Position numbers and translations under genes: made by a program. A DNA stretch of 64,000 bases from a virus (taxonomy: Duplodnaviria; Caudoviricetes), in the IMG/VR virus record IMGVR_UViG_3300021387_001614, positions 64,001 to 128,000 of that record; one strand, 5' to 3'. This document shows positions 41,139-50,905 of the stretch, in pieces; the stretch's first letter is position 1; each line of letters begins with the position of its first letter. The notes beneath the pieces were generated by a model. It was not told where the DNA came from, did not search any database, and saw only the letters and a program-made list of their open reading frames with translations.

Positions 41139-41211
41139 AGTTAAAATATATTATTGACTGCATTATTTTTTTATAAATATCTGATTTAAAAAATAACACA
41201 GTCAATAATTA

Positions 41212-42435
41212 CTATTTCTTTGAATCTTCTACTATCTTTTTATATGCCTTAACTCTTTCGGCACATATTTTATCTATCGAATATGTGTTAACAACATAAT
41301 CGTGCAGATTTTTCTTTAATTTCGCAACCAACTCAGGGTCATTTGCTAATCTCGTTATATACTTTCCCCATAATTTGTGGTTTTTAGAACTATCCACCAA
41401 TAAACAATTACCATCTTCATTGATAGCGTTACCCTTACCTATAATTGGCTTTAAGTCTATTGTATATGCACCAAAATTTTGGGCAATGAGTGCCGTGTTA
41501 GTAAATCCTGCCTCTATTTCTTTAAGTTGTGATTTCATTTTATTAAATTCACACTCTTTTAAAGGTGCAAGAAGAACATCAACATTTTCATAATGTGTGG
41601 CATATTTGTTAATATCCCTTGTCCACATTCTTCTATAAGACTCATTTTCAAACGGGTCATCAACCCCTTTCATGAATTTAAGCAAGAAATCCTTATGTTG
41701 GGGACTGATATACTTGTAATTGTCTGTTATGATTTTTTCATAATCAAACCAAACGCTTTCTTCGGGAAGAATTGGTCGTCTTTCCACTTGTCCGGTATCA
41801 TTATGATAAATCGTCCTCGTACCATTTGTGTCAAAACCACAAAGTACAAACTGAACCTTATCAAGTGGAACTTGATTCACAACTCCCTTTAACAACATAA
41901 TATCGTGCAAATGTGATGAGCCACAAATAATACCAATTCTAAGCAGTTTAGAATCTTTTTTAACTTGTTCTTTATACTGCTCTTCTTCGGGATTTATGGC
42001 ATTTGGAAAAACAAGAACATTTTTATTGTGCTTGGATAATTCCTTTGCAAAAATTGGCGTTGTTGTCGATACATAATCAGCGGCACGCAAGTGTTCGATA
42101 ATAGGCACATGCCACTTTTCTTTCTTTGCACTCAGTGACATGGGATGAAAATCGCCTAATTTATAGTGGTCGTCAACATCCACAATTACAGGTATACCCA
42201 AAAATTTAATCATATTCATAATCTCTAACCTTGGGTCAAGTTGTTTATGAATATGAATAAGGTCATATTGTTTTAAAAAACCTTCCAAATTTTCTTTGGG
42301 AAGTTGATATACAATATCTATATCAAACTCATCCTTATAGTGCTCTGCAATATAAACGTGAGGGTCTATCGAGCGGAATTTTCCCACACCCGTGCGGTCA
42401 CTCGGTACCACCAACATCTTAATTTTTTTATCCAT
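41212..42435 (-). CDS. Glycosyltransferase (GT-B fold)
   Basis: GVGKFRSIDP, VDVDDH, FPNAI, GSSHLHD, DVLLAPL...FN..KSQLK.IEAG. Confidence 0.85.
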   Translation of the reverse strand: MDKKIKMLVVPSDRTGVGKFRSIDPHVYIAEHYKDEFDIDIVYQLPKENLEGFLKQYDLIHIHKQLDPRLEIMNMIKFLGIPVIVDVDDHYKLGDFHPMSLSAKKEKWHVPIIEHLRAADYVSTTTPIFAKELSKHNKNVLVFPNAINPEEEQYKEQVKKDSKLLRIGIICGSSHLHDIMLLKGVVNQVPLDKVQFVLCGFDTNGTRTIYHNDTGQVERRPILPEESVWFDYEKIITDNYKYISPQHKDFLLKFMKGVDDPFENESYRRMWTRDINKYATHYENVDVLLAPLKECEFNKMKSQLKEIEAGFTNTALIAQNFGAYTIDLKPIIGKGNAINEDGNCLLVDSSKNHKLWGKYITRLANDPELVAKLKKNLHDYVVNTYSIDKICAERVKAYKKIVEDSKK

Positions 42436-42498
42436 AAAATCTCTTTTTTAAAAAAATAAAAAAAAGTTTTAAAGTGTCAACAGTTATATCGTTACATA

Positions 42499-43398
42499 TT
42501 AATAATCTTGTTTGATATTAAAATATCTGCTATATGTAGGGTTTTTATAATTTCCGGCTGTTTTTTGAAACAAAAGTTTTTTAAGATAGTTTGTTTCATC
42601 ACTAATCTCACACTTATTTAGTTCGAGATTTCTCATTTTATCGTAAACATGAATTTTATTTCTTAATTTGGAATTCTTTATTAATTTATATAAACTCATT
42701 CTTTCATTAAGATTTCTTTCGCTAAAATTATACGGTAAAAGTAGTATATCAACTCTTAAAATATATTGATTTGCGTTTGGTATAGCGTTTGCATATGTTG
42801 TAAGTCTATCCTCCGCTTGAAAATAAGGGTGACCTTGTTTATCCCCAACACCATCCACATAACCCATTTTATCACTTTTTTTGCCATAATTAATTGGAAG
42901 ATATGATGATGTATAATCATTGCTTTGCATCATCCATTCTTTGCCATTATAAGCAAACGCCCCATCGTGTTCATCTGCAAATGTATACGGGTCGCCATTA
43001 TTGTGGATTTTATATGCCCAATCAAATGGCTTTATCAGCATGTTATATTGTTTCCCATTAACTTTAAAATTTGGTTTTTTATTAAATAAATCACCGTCTA
43101 TCGTCAAGCGTATTGCACACCAATCATCACCTTTTCCGTCGTCACCTGAATACATTATTATTGGCCAACCTTCCCTAAATGATTTCGTTCTTGAGAATGA
43201 CATTGTATTTTTTCCATTATGCCATTTCTTTTCAAAACCAGTGGGGGTAAACGAATCTGTCTTAACTAACGCCTCAAATCTATCAAAAGATAAAAAATGA
43301 TATAATAAGTTTGAAGCAGATTCTTTTAATACTGATGTTACAGATTCTTTTATGATATTACATAAATCCGTTTCGGTGAGTTTTATTAGTTTCTTCAT
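42499..43398 (-). CDS. LTETDL-tagged protein, putative ART-like fold
   Basis: MKKLIKLTETDLCNIIKESVTSVLKE then LYHF, MSFSRT, IRLTIDGD, QAEDRL. Confidence 0.6.
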   Translation of the reverse strand: MKKLIKLTETDLCNIIKESVTSVLKESASNLLYHFLSFDRFEALVKTDSFTPTGFEKKWHNGKNTMSFSRTKSFREGWPIIMYSGDDGKGDDWCAIRLTIDGDLFNKKPNFKVNGKQYNMLIKPFDWAYKIHNNGDPYTFADEHDGAFAYNGKEWMMQSNDYTSSYLPINYGKKSDKMGYVDGVGDKQGHPYFQAEDRLTTYANAIPNANQYILRVDILLLPYNFSERNLNERMSLYKLIKNSKLRNKIHVYDKMRNLELNKCEISDETNYLKKLLFQKTAGNYKNPTYSRYFNIKQDY

Positions 43399-43438
43399 AT
43401 ATGTATGCATACTATTAACAGACTTAAAAAAAAAGGAA

Positions 43439-43891
43439 CTATAACATTCCTTTTCCTTTTACAACCCTTTTAATGGATTCTGAAATAATTTTATTTAACC
43501 TTTTTTTATCCTCGTGTATCGTAAAATTCACAAGATAGAGACTGCGCTGCATATCGCTTAAAAAAGACTCGACGTCGCTTCTCATTCCGATATAATCATC
43601 GCCCATATTCTTTAATGACTTATAGAATGCATTGGTTGCGGAAATAACATCCTTAACGAATTTTTTTAAATCCGTAATTTTATACTCTATGGGATTTAGT
43701 TTACCGAATTGTAAATTACCGGTTATTGATTGTTCAACTTCTGAAACTTGGTCTTGAAAATCTGCAATTTTTTCCGCAATATCGTCGCATAATTTATGTT
43801 GGGATAAATTTAAACTATTCCAATGTAAACTTTTTATTGCAGTTTTGAAGCCTTCAAGTCTATTGATAAAGTTTAAAATATTCTTTGTCAT
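43439..43891 (-). CDS. Ferritin/Dps-like four-helix protein with C-terminal tag
   Basis: K.LHWNS....QHKLCDD.......D..SE pattern; ends RLNKIISESIKRVVK. Confidence 0.65.
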   Translation of the reverse strand: MTKNILNFINRLEGFKTAIKSLHWNSLNLSQHKLCDDIAEKIADFQDQVSEVEQSITGNLQFGKLNPIEYKITDLKKFVKDVISATNAFYKSLKNMGDDYIGMRSDVESFLSDMQRSLYLVNFTIHEDKKRLNKIISESIKRVVKGKGML

Positions 43892-44269
43892 TTACATGAG
43901 ATGTTTCTTAATTATTTTCTTCACTACACTTTCAACAATTCTGTTAAGTCTACGTTCTGAACGTATTCTATTTTCCTTTACCGCATTATCATACTCCCAA
44001 CCCTTATGGAAAAATTCTTTTGGTGTAGCATCATTTTTTTCCATGCGTGCATCAAGTTCAGAATCATGTTCGTGTGCTTTTTCAAACTCTAACTCTTCCA
44101 TTGCGTCTTTAACGTTCTCACGGTCAGGTATTTCAGGTGTATTGGCTGTAAGTGCGCCAAAAAGCAACGCACCTGCACCGCCTGCAGCTGCTGCTCTATC
44201 AAACCACTTGCCTTCTTCAATACTTTCTTTTACCAAATTGTCAATGTGCTTTCTTAATTGTCTATCCAT
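43892..44269 (-). CDS. Small protein with tag-like helices at both ends and a central hydrophobic segment
   Basis: IDNLVKESIEE ... AAAAGGAGALLFGAL ... RLNRIVESVVKKIIK. Confidence 0.7.
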   Translation of the reverse strand: MDRQLRKHIDNLVKESIEEGKWFDRAAAAGGAGALLFGALTANTPEIPDRENVKDAMEELEFEKAHEHDSELDARMEKNDATPKEFFHKGWEYDNAVKENRIRSERRLNRIVESVVKKIIKKHLM

Positions 44270-44433
44270 TTTCTTAATAGGTTTAATGCGCTCCCGCGCG
44301 TAATATTATACTATATATTACTTCTTTTTATTAATATTATATAGTAATTGGTACCGGTATATTAACCGGGACCCCGGTATATTATTAAATATATCAAAAA
44401 AAAGAAAAATATTAAAAAGAAAAAAAAGATTTT

Positions 44434-44465
44434 TTTGTTTTTTTCAAAAAAAATCCGTATATTTG
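44434..44465 (+). promoter_or_regulatory. Bacteroidota sigma-A-type promoter
   Basis: TTTG-N20-TATATTTG; the same AAATCCGTATATTTGCA core occurs near 9700 and 61167. Confidence 0.85.
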
Positions 44466-44490
44466 CAAAAAACTTTAACAATTAAAAACA

Positions 44491-45039
44491 ATGGATAAGC
44501 AGAAAAATCTTGACCTATTTTTTGAAAAATTAGAAAAAACAGGTGTTGATACTACCGAATTACGTGAATTATTGGGTGAGTATTTACAAAAAGCAACATT
44601 TAACCCATCATTTGACAGTGGTTTATGTGGTGAGGGAACATTTCTTTCAACAATTCTTTATGAGTTAACACCGTACGCTGTCAGAATTAATGAACTCTTA
44701 CCCGAAAACAAAAGAGCAAGTAAAACATCTCTTGTAAAAGTTTGTTTGCTTCATCAAATAGCAAAAGCAATAAGACTAATCCCCAATGATAATACATGGG
44801 AAATTGAAAAACGAGGCATACTTTACAAATATGACACATCATTGCCCTCAATTAGAACAGGATTACATTCACTTGCAATTGCACAGTCTTGCGGTATAAA
44901 TTTTTCAATTGATGAGGTTGAAGCAATGACTATAATAGATAAAGACTTAACAGACAATCAAGCAAGGTATCATTCAAGTGTTATGGCTTCAATTATAAGA
45001 CAAGCCAATGAATTAACATATTTAACAAACAAACTATGA
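44491..45039 (+). CDS. HD-domain-like protein, degenerate (HQ in place of HD)
   Basis: SLVKVCLLHQIAKA...W...RG..YKY...G..SL. Confidence 0.6.
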   Translation: MDKQKNLDLFFEKLEKTGVDTTELRELLGEYLQKATFNPSFDSGLCGEGTFLSTILYELTPYAVRINELLPENKRASKTSLVKVCLLHQIAKAIRLIPNDNTWEIEKRGILYKYDTSLPSIRTGLHSLAIAQSCGINFSIDEVEAMTIIDKDLTDNQARYHSSVMASIIRQANELTYLTNKL

Positions 45040-45509
45040 CGCTTAAATCACTTTTTTTAAGATTTTTAAAAGAAAACAACGTATACACAACGACTGTGGT
45101 TGATAAAATTATATCGCCTTCAAATGATGATGTTAATGTATTTGTAAATAAAAAAAACCTATTTTTTTCTATTTCATCATATAGGATTGAAAACTGGATA
45201 AAGGCTCTGCGCAATTATTTTGGCGTAAATAATTATTATTCACTTCACAGGAAATGGAAATCTTTATGTGAAAAAATAGAGATAAGTAATTGCAATATAA
45301 ACGTTGGGGATACAATAAGGCATCCTTATGGGTTTAATGATTTAACGGTAAAAGAAATTGATTTAAAATCAAAAAAAATCTTATGTAAAAATGAAAATAT
45401 CGAATGTTTCATACCCATCTATGCAATCAGAATTATCAACAAAAAAAAGTTTGTACCGTTTAATGATATCGAAGTTAAATATAAATACAGAAATAAAATA
45501 TACGAATAA
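45036..45509 (+). CDS. Hypothetical protein (FxRFLKEN family)
   Basis: LFLRFLKENNVY; coupled ORF. Confidence 0.7.
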   Translation: MTLKSLFLRFLKENNVYTTTVVDKIISPSNDDVNVFVNKKNLFFSISSYRIENWIKALRNYFGVNNYYSLHRKWKSLCEKIEISNCNINVGDTIRHPYGFNDLTVKEIDLKSKKILCKNENIECFIPIYAIRIINKKKFVPFNDIEVKYKYRNKIYE

Positions 45510-46636
45510 TGGCGTTAATAAGAGAAATTAAATACTGTTACAATGATATCAGCATTGTGCCCGCAATTAAGAGCAATATCGAACATCGTGATGAATGCAA
45601 ACCATTTCTAAGCGAACGTGATATTGATAATTTACCTATTTTTGCGTCACCGATGAGTACAGTAGTTAACAAGGAAAATTTTAGCTTATTTGAAGATAAC
45701 CAAATAATACCAATTCTTCCACGAAATTTTAGCCTTGAAACACGTATAGAATATATCAAATCGGGCAAATGGGCAGCACTTAGTTTACAAGAATTTATAG
45801 ATTTATTTATTGATAATGATTGGGACATGAAATCTTGCTTTAGTGTTAATGTGCTCATTGATATTGCAAACGGTCACATGACAAAATTGCATAAAACGAT
45901 ACATTCAGCAAAAAACAAATATGAATGGTCTTCTAAATTTAAAATAATGGCAGGTAATATTGCGAATCCACTAACATATATTGAGCTTGCAAAGGCAGGG
46001 TGTGATTATGTAAGATTATCTGTGGGGTCGGGTAGTGGATGTATTAGTTCTACGCAAACGGGCATACATTATCCATTAGCGTCTTTAATTTCAGAAACTT
46101 ACGAAATTAAAAAGAAATTAAATCATCTTGGTGAATGGACACCAATGATAATTGCTGATGGCGGCGTTCGTAATTATGATGATGTTTTAAAGGCGTTGGC
46201 TTTAGGTGCTGATTATGTCATGATTGGTGGACTTTTCTCTAAACTCGTTGAAAGTGCCGCTCCTACATTTTATTATGATGAAGATGGTGAAACAATTCAC
46301 GAAATAAGCCCATTCGAGCATAAAATTAATATTAATGCCGATGGCACATTTGACATTAATGGAGAAATAACCGTTGATAATCTTTATAAGGTATTCTATG
46401 GCATGGCTTCACGAAGGGGTCAAGAAGATATTAGTGGCGAAAAGAAAAAAACAAGTGAGGGTGTTCAAAAAGTCTTTAATTGCACCACTAATTTAAAGAA
46501 ATGGTCAGAAAATATGGCGGCTTATATGCGGTCAGCAATGAGTTATACAAACTGTTATTTTATAGAGGAATTTAATCCCGAAAATGTTGATTGTGTTATA
46601 ATATCCCCTCAAACAAAAGAAAGTATAAATAAATAA
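45509..46636 (+). CDS. IMP dehydrogenase / GMP reductase family enzyme
   Basis: SPMSTV, IDIANGH, MAGNIA, VGSGSGC, IIADGGVR, KALALGADYVMIG, FYGMAS, SEG, RSAMSY. Confidence 0.9.
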   Translation: MALIREIKYCYNDISIVPAIKSNIEHRDECKPFLSERDIDNLPIFASPMSTVVNKENFSLFEDNQIIPILPRNFSLETRIEYIKSGKWAALSLQEFIDLFIDNDWDMKSCFSVNVLIDIANGHMTKLHKTIHSAKNKYEWSSKFKIMAGNIANPLTYIELAKAGCDYVRLSVGSGSGCISSTQTGIHYPLASLISETYEIKKKLNHLGEWTPMIIADGGVRNYDDVLKALALGADYVMIGGLFSKLVESAAPTFYYDEDGETIHEISPFEHKININADGTFDINGEITVDNLYKVFYGMASRRGQEDISGEKKKTSEGVQKVFNCTTNLKKWSENMAAYMRSAMSYTNCYFIEEFNPENVDCVIISPQTKESINK

Positions 46637-46655
46637 TTTTGACAATAAAGTAGTG

Positions 46656-46693
46656 AAAAATGGACGAATCATAACGATTCGTCCATTTTTTTT
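46656..46693 (+). terminator. Intrinsic terminator
   Basis: AAAAATGGACGAATC...GATTCGTCCATTTTTT. Confidence 0.85.
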
Positions 46694-46732
46694 GCTTTTT
46701 TTAATATTTTTTTTATTTTTTAAAAAAAAGTA

Positions 46733-47428
46733 ATGGATGAAACTATATCAATAGTTGTTTGTTCTACAAAAAGTGCGGAAGAAAACGAAAAATTTATTAA
46801 AAACATAGAAGAAACAACAGAATGTACATGTCACGTTTTCTATCTCGTTAACATGGAAGGTGTGGGTTTAACTAAAATTTATGGTGATTTTATTAAATCA
46901 ACAGAAATACAAAATAAAGACGATATCGTTGTTTTTATACATGACGATATTGAGTTTTTAAAAAGGGGGTGGGATAGAGAAATTATCCGGCTGTTTAATG
47001 AAAATAAAGACTATGGAATTATAGGTGTTGCCGGTTCCGCACAATTTGACCAAAAGGGTGCATGGTGGAATTATGAAAAAAAATACGGGCAAGTTCTTCA
47101 TAGAAGTGAAGGTAAAAGTTGGCTAACTGCATTTTCGCCATTACTGAAAAAAGATTTAGAAGAGGTTTGTGTTATTGATGGCTTATTTATGGCAGTACAC
47201 ACCAAAAGAATTAGTAAAGATTTTGACGAATCAATAAAGGGATTTGATTTTTATGATATTGATTTCTGTTTGGCAAATTTTATAGATAAAAAAACAAAAA
47301 TAGGCGTTACGACAAATATACGAGTTGCACATAATTCTGTGGGAAAATTAAAGCCCACTTGGTACGAGAATAGGGACTTAATCAATGAGAAATATAAAAA
47401 TTACTTACCGATAAATTTAAAGAAATAA
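46733..47428 (+). CDS. GT2-like glycosyltransferase
   Basis: ISIVVCS, VFIHDDIEF, GIIGVAG, IDGLFMA, FDFYDIDFC, H.S.G. Confidence 0.85.
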   Translation: MDETISIVVCSTKSAEENEKFIKNIEETTECTCHVFYLVNMEGVGLTKIYGDFIKSTEIQNKDDIVVFIHDDIEFLKRGWDREIIRLFNENKDYGIIGVAGSAQFDQKGAWWNYEKKYGQVLHRSEGKSWLTAFSPLLKKDLEEVCVIDGLFMAVHTKRISKDFDESIKGFDFYDIDFCLANFIDKKTKIGVTTNIRVAHNSVGKLKPTWYENRDLINEKYKNYLPINLKK

Positions 47429-47853
47429 TGGAAAAAAATATACGTTTTTGGAAATCATGCTATATTTTCATGGATGATGTGAAGAAATATATGGATACGG
47501 TGTTTTCAAAAACAGCAGGTGAAATAAGTAACAAAGAAATAAGCGAACTGCAAAAATACATTGATAATGGATTAAAGATAGTCTTTAATAATGTTTACGA
47601 AATGGATAAAAATTTAGATAATATATCTTTAGATGAATTAATTTCGCTAAGAAATGAGGTAAAAAATATTTCAGATACACACGCCAAAGAACTCACTGAC
47701 TTTTCTGTTATGTATGGCGACCCATCAAATATTGATGTTAGTAAAGATATGAAAAATGATTACGATAAGTTGAATAAATTCACTAATTTTCTTAATTTAT
47801 TAAATCATAAAATAGAGAATAAAATCTATGAACAATATATTCAGAAAGATTAA
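47428..47853 (+). CDS. Hypothetical protein
   Basis: 141 aa coupled ORF. Confidence 0.65.
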   Translation: MEKNIRFWKSCYIFMDDVKKYMDTVFSKTAGEISNKEISELQKYIDNGLKIVFNNVYEMDKNLDNISLDELISLRNEVKNISDTHAKELTDFSVMYGDPSNIDVSKDMKNDYDKLNKFTNFLNLLNHKIENKIYEQYIQKD

Positions 47854-48835
47854 AAACGGAGTAGAAAGGTTTATTTACGCTTTACCGTTCGGACTTAAGG
47901 CGGCCAATGAAGAAGTCATGACAGCCACAAAAGTTGATGGGGTAGAGGCGACAATGGATGTTAGCGACCAAAGGGTTGCCAAACACATGCTTAAAGGTGA
48001 ATTAACTCAAGAAGTTAAAGATTTAAGATATAGGACATATAAAGTAGCAAACGAATCTAAAAAATTTCAGTATATAGGAAATGGTGTTTCAGTAAAAAGG
48101 GATGTTGAAAAAATTAATGACAGTAAATTTAAATTTTCACAAGAGTGTAAAATAATCTGTTCGGACATATTAACGGAACTTAAGCACATAAATGATTATG
48201 GCGATGAAACTTATACATTATCAATTTCATATATGTATCCGGGTGTAAAATTTAAGCTCGAACAATTTGCAACACAGATAGATGTGTATGTTGAAGATGA
48301 TTTTTACGAGACAACTCTTCATTTTAATTCTATTGCAAACGCTTACGATAAAAAATCCATGCCTTTTATTAATACACTGAAAAAACTACAAAAAGATATA
48401 AATGAAGCAAAAGAAAAGGGGTTAAGTTTAGATGCGCTTTTAGCGAAAGAAGAAATAACATCAAGTATGATTACGTTGTCATTTATAACATTTAATGCAA
48501 CAAATGATTACCCCGATATGGTTAGTTTTACGTTTACCGAACCACAACTAACATCAATTAATATGAGTAATTCTGAGTTTAGATTATCTTTTAGGTGGAA
48601 AACCATGAAAAAAGATGACTTAATGGAAAAGATTTACTCTGAAAACATGGAAAATAAATATAAAAATCACGAAAGAAAAAATGTTCAGTTAGATATTATA
48701 AACAAAGAACGTGTAAGATATTGTTCAGTTTGTGGAAAAAAAATAAATGTATATGATGGCGATTTAACTGAATATGATAGTGGCAAGGCACTTTGTATTG
48801 ATTGTTTTAAAAAAGAAATGTTAAATAAATTATGA
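47828..48835 (+). CDS. Hypothetical protein with C-terminal zinc ribbon
   Basis: CSVC...CIDC near the C-terminus. Confidence 0.7.
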   Translation: MNNIFRKIKNGVERFIYALPFGLKAANEEVMTATKVDGVEATMDVSDQRVAKHMLKGELTQEVKDLRYRTYKVANESKKFQYIGNGVSVKRDVEKINDSKFKFSQECKIICSDILTELKHINDYGDETYTLSISYMYPGVKFKLEQFATQIDVYVEDDFYETTLHFNSIANAYDKKSMPFINTLKKLQKDINEAKEKGLSLDALLAKEEITSSMITLSFITFNATNDYPDMVSFTFTEPQLTSINMSNSEFRLSFRWKTMKKDDLMEKIYSENMENKYKNHERKNVQLDIINKERVRYCSVCGKKINVYDGDLTEYDSGKALCIDCFKKEMLNKL

Positions 48836-49443
48836 TAACAATAGGTGTTGAATTAAACGATGTCGTTAGAGACATTAAAAAACAGATGCTGAAATACTTT
48901 AAAAAAGAATTTGGCAGTGATTATGACCCGGATGACATTGAAAGCAGCGAGGATATTTTTGAAAAGGGGTATATAAAGTTTAACTCAAAAAAGGATGAAA
49001 AAAATTTTATATACATAGATTATCCTTATGAATTGTTTGGTTGTGCCAAACCAATGGAAAAAAATCTTCCAACAAAAATAAATCAATGGCTAACAGATAT
49101 GTCTAATATTGATGACGAAGAGTTTAGGGTTATTTATTTTTCAATGGACGAGGAAGCGCTTACAATACAATCAAGTTTCTTTTTTTTGAGCAAAATAGGC
49201 ACACGTGTAAGAGAAGTTTTATTCCCTCAAAATATAGACGAGATAAAGGGAAAATTTGATTTTGTTGTTTCTGCAAATAATGACATTATCAATAAACTAG
49301 GTGAAAACGGAGTGAAAACGATTAAAATAAAGAAAGATTGGAACACTGAGACTAAATGTGATTTTGAATTTGATTCATTATCAGATGTTGTTGATGATGA
49401 GAACTTTCTAAATAAAATTGTTGAAATTAAGAAAAATGGCTAA
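48832..49443 (+). CDS. HAD-fold 5'(3')-deoxyribonucleotidase-like protein, degenerate
   Basis: MITIGVELNDVVRD in place of IGIDxDxV; IKIKKDWN near the C-terminus. Confidence 0.55.
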   Translation: MITIGVELNDVVRDIKKQMLKYFKKEFGSDYDPDDIESSEDIFEKGYIKFNSKKDEKNFIYIDYPYELFGCAKPMEKNLPTKINQWLTDMSNIDDEEFRVIYFSMDEEALTIQSSFFFLSKIGTRVREVLFPQNIDEIKGKFDFVVSANNDIINKLGENGVKTIKIKKDWNTETKCDFEFDSLSDVVDDENFLNKIVEIKKNG

Positions 49444-49750
49444 TTTTAATGAAAAAATGTACCTCAACTTGGATGCGATAAAGGATTTCATTTTTGAGGA
49501 AGAAAAGCGTAACAGTGATGTTGAAGTAACTGAAACTATGGGAGCATCAGGTGGTGAAAAATTAGAAACCGTAAGCAAAGTTATTAGAGAGGTTAAAAGC
49601 AGCGACTTTTCAAATAAACAGACCATTAAGTATGACATGATTAAAATGTTTATTGAAATACTTAATGAAATCGAACAAAATGGTACACCAATGACTTGTG
49701 GAGAAAGTGTGGTGGTTAATACAATGGTTGCATATAATTTTTTAATTTAA
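49436..49750 (+). CDS. Hypothetical protein
   Basis: Start reassigned to ATG 49436 (MANFNEK). Confidence 0.7.
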   Translation: MANFNEKMYLNLDAIKDFIFEEEKRNSDVEVTETMGASGGEKLETVSKVIREVKSSDFSNKQTIKYDMIKMFIEILNEIEQNGTPMTCGESVVVNTMVAYNFLI

Positions 49751-49759
49751 AGAGATAAA

Positions 49760-50905
49760 ATGATGGAAGATAAGAAAACAAAAGCCTTACAAAAAGTTAA
49801 GGAGGAAATTGAAAAAATAAATAAAAAAGAAAACAATGTTTTTTTCTTTGTTCTTGATACGAAAGGTAATCCAAGTGGTAGTTTGGAATATATTTACAAC
49901 CTTGCTCTGATTACTAAAAATAATGGATATAAAGTATCTATGCTTTACCAAGAAGAAAAGAAAGAAGATTTTGTTGGCGTAGGTGAGTGGCTAGGCGAGG
50001 AGTATGCAAACATTCCGCATTATAATATCGCAAGTGATGATGTGGAAATCACGCCGTCTGACATTTTATTTATCCCCGAAATTTTTGCTAATGTAATGAA
50101 TCAAACAAAGAAATTGCCGTGTAAACGAATAGCATTGTTTCAAAATTATGATTTTTTGGTAGAACAAATGCCGTTTGCTGCACAATGGGGTGATTTTGGT
50201 ATACTTGAAGCAATTACCAACACAGAACACAATGCAAAACTCATTAAGGATATTTACCCATACGTTAAGACAACGGTAATTCAGCCATTTATTAAAAAAT
50301 ATTTTGGAAACACCAATGAATCCAAAAAGATGGTTGTCAATATTGTTGCTGAAAATCAGAGTGATATTAATAAAATAATTAAGCCATTCTATTGGAAATA
50401 TCCGTCATATAAGTGGGTATCATTCAGAGATTTACGAGGTTTCCCTAAAACAAGATTTGCTGAACTCCTTCGTGAGGGTGCTATAACCGTATGGGTGGAC
50501 GATAAGGCAACCTTTGGATATGGCGCAATTGAGGCAATGAAAAGTGGTTCTGTTGTTATAGCAAAAGTTCCTGAAACACCGTTACCGTGGATGGAAAGCA
50601 GTGATGAAAACCAAAAGGGAGTATTAAAGAATTGTTGCTTATGGTTTGATGATTTCCATGAGGTACAAAGAGCCATTGCTAATGTTGTACGTGCTTGGAT
50701 TACTGATAAAGTTCCTGATGAAATACAAAAAGAAGCAGAGAAGGTTTCTAAAATGTATGATGAAGAAACAACAACAAAACAGTTCTTAGAATATCTTACA
50801 GAAGTGAATGAAAAACGTAAGGCTGAAATGGAAGAGTTATACAATAACGTAACAAAGGATGCTGAAGCAAAAAATAATAAGAAAAAAGCAAAGAAAAATG
50901 AGTAA
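49760..50905 (+). CDS. Glycosyltransferase-like protein (GT-B fold)
   Basis: DILFIPEIF, FRDLRG, VWVDD.ATFGY.AIEAMKSG. Confidence 0.75.
   Translation: MMEDKKTKALQKVKEEIEKINKKENNVFFFVLDTKGNPSGSLEYIYNLALITKNNGYKVSMLYQEEKKEDFVGVGEWLGEEYANIPHYNIASDDVEITPSDILFIPEIFANVMNQTKKLPCKRIALFQNYDFLVEQMPFAAQWGDFGILEAITNTEHNAKLIKDIYPYVKTTVIQPFIKKYFGNTNESKKMVVNIVAENQSDINKIIKPFYWKYPSYKWVSFRDLRGFPKTRFAELLREGAITVWVDDKATFGYGAIEAMKSGSVVIAKVPETPLPWMESSDENQKGVLKNCCLWFDDFHEVQRAIANVVRAWITDKVPDEIQKEAEKVSKMYDEETTTKQFLEYLTEVNEKRKAEMEELYNNVTKDAEAKNNKKKAKKNE

Noticed and set aside
45509-46636. Specific assignment as guaB or guaC
   Set aside because: The motifs support the family but do not distinguish IMP dehydrogenase from GMP reductase by eye.
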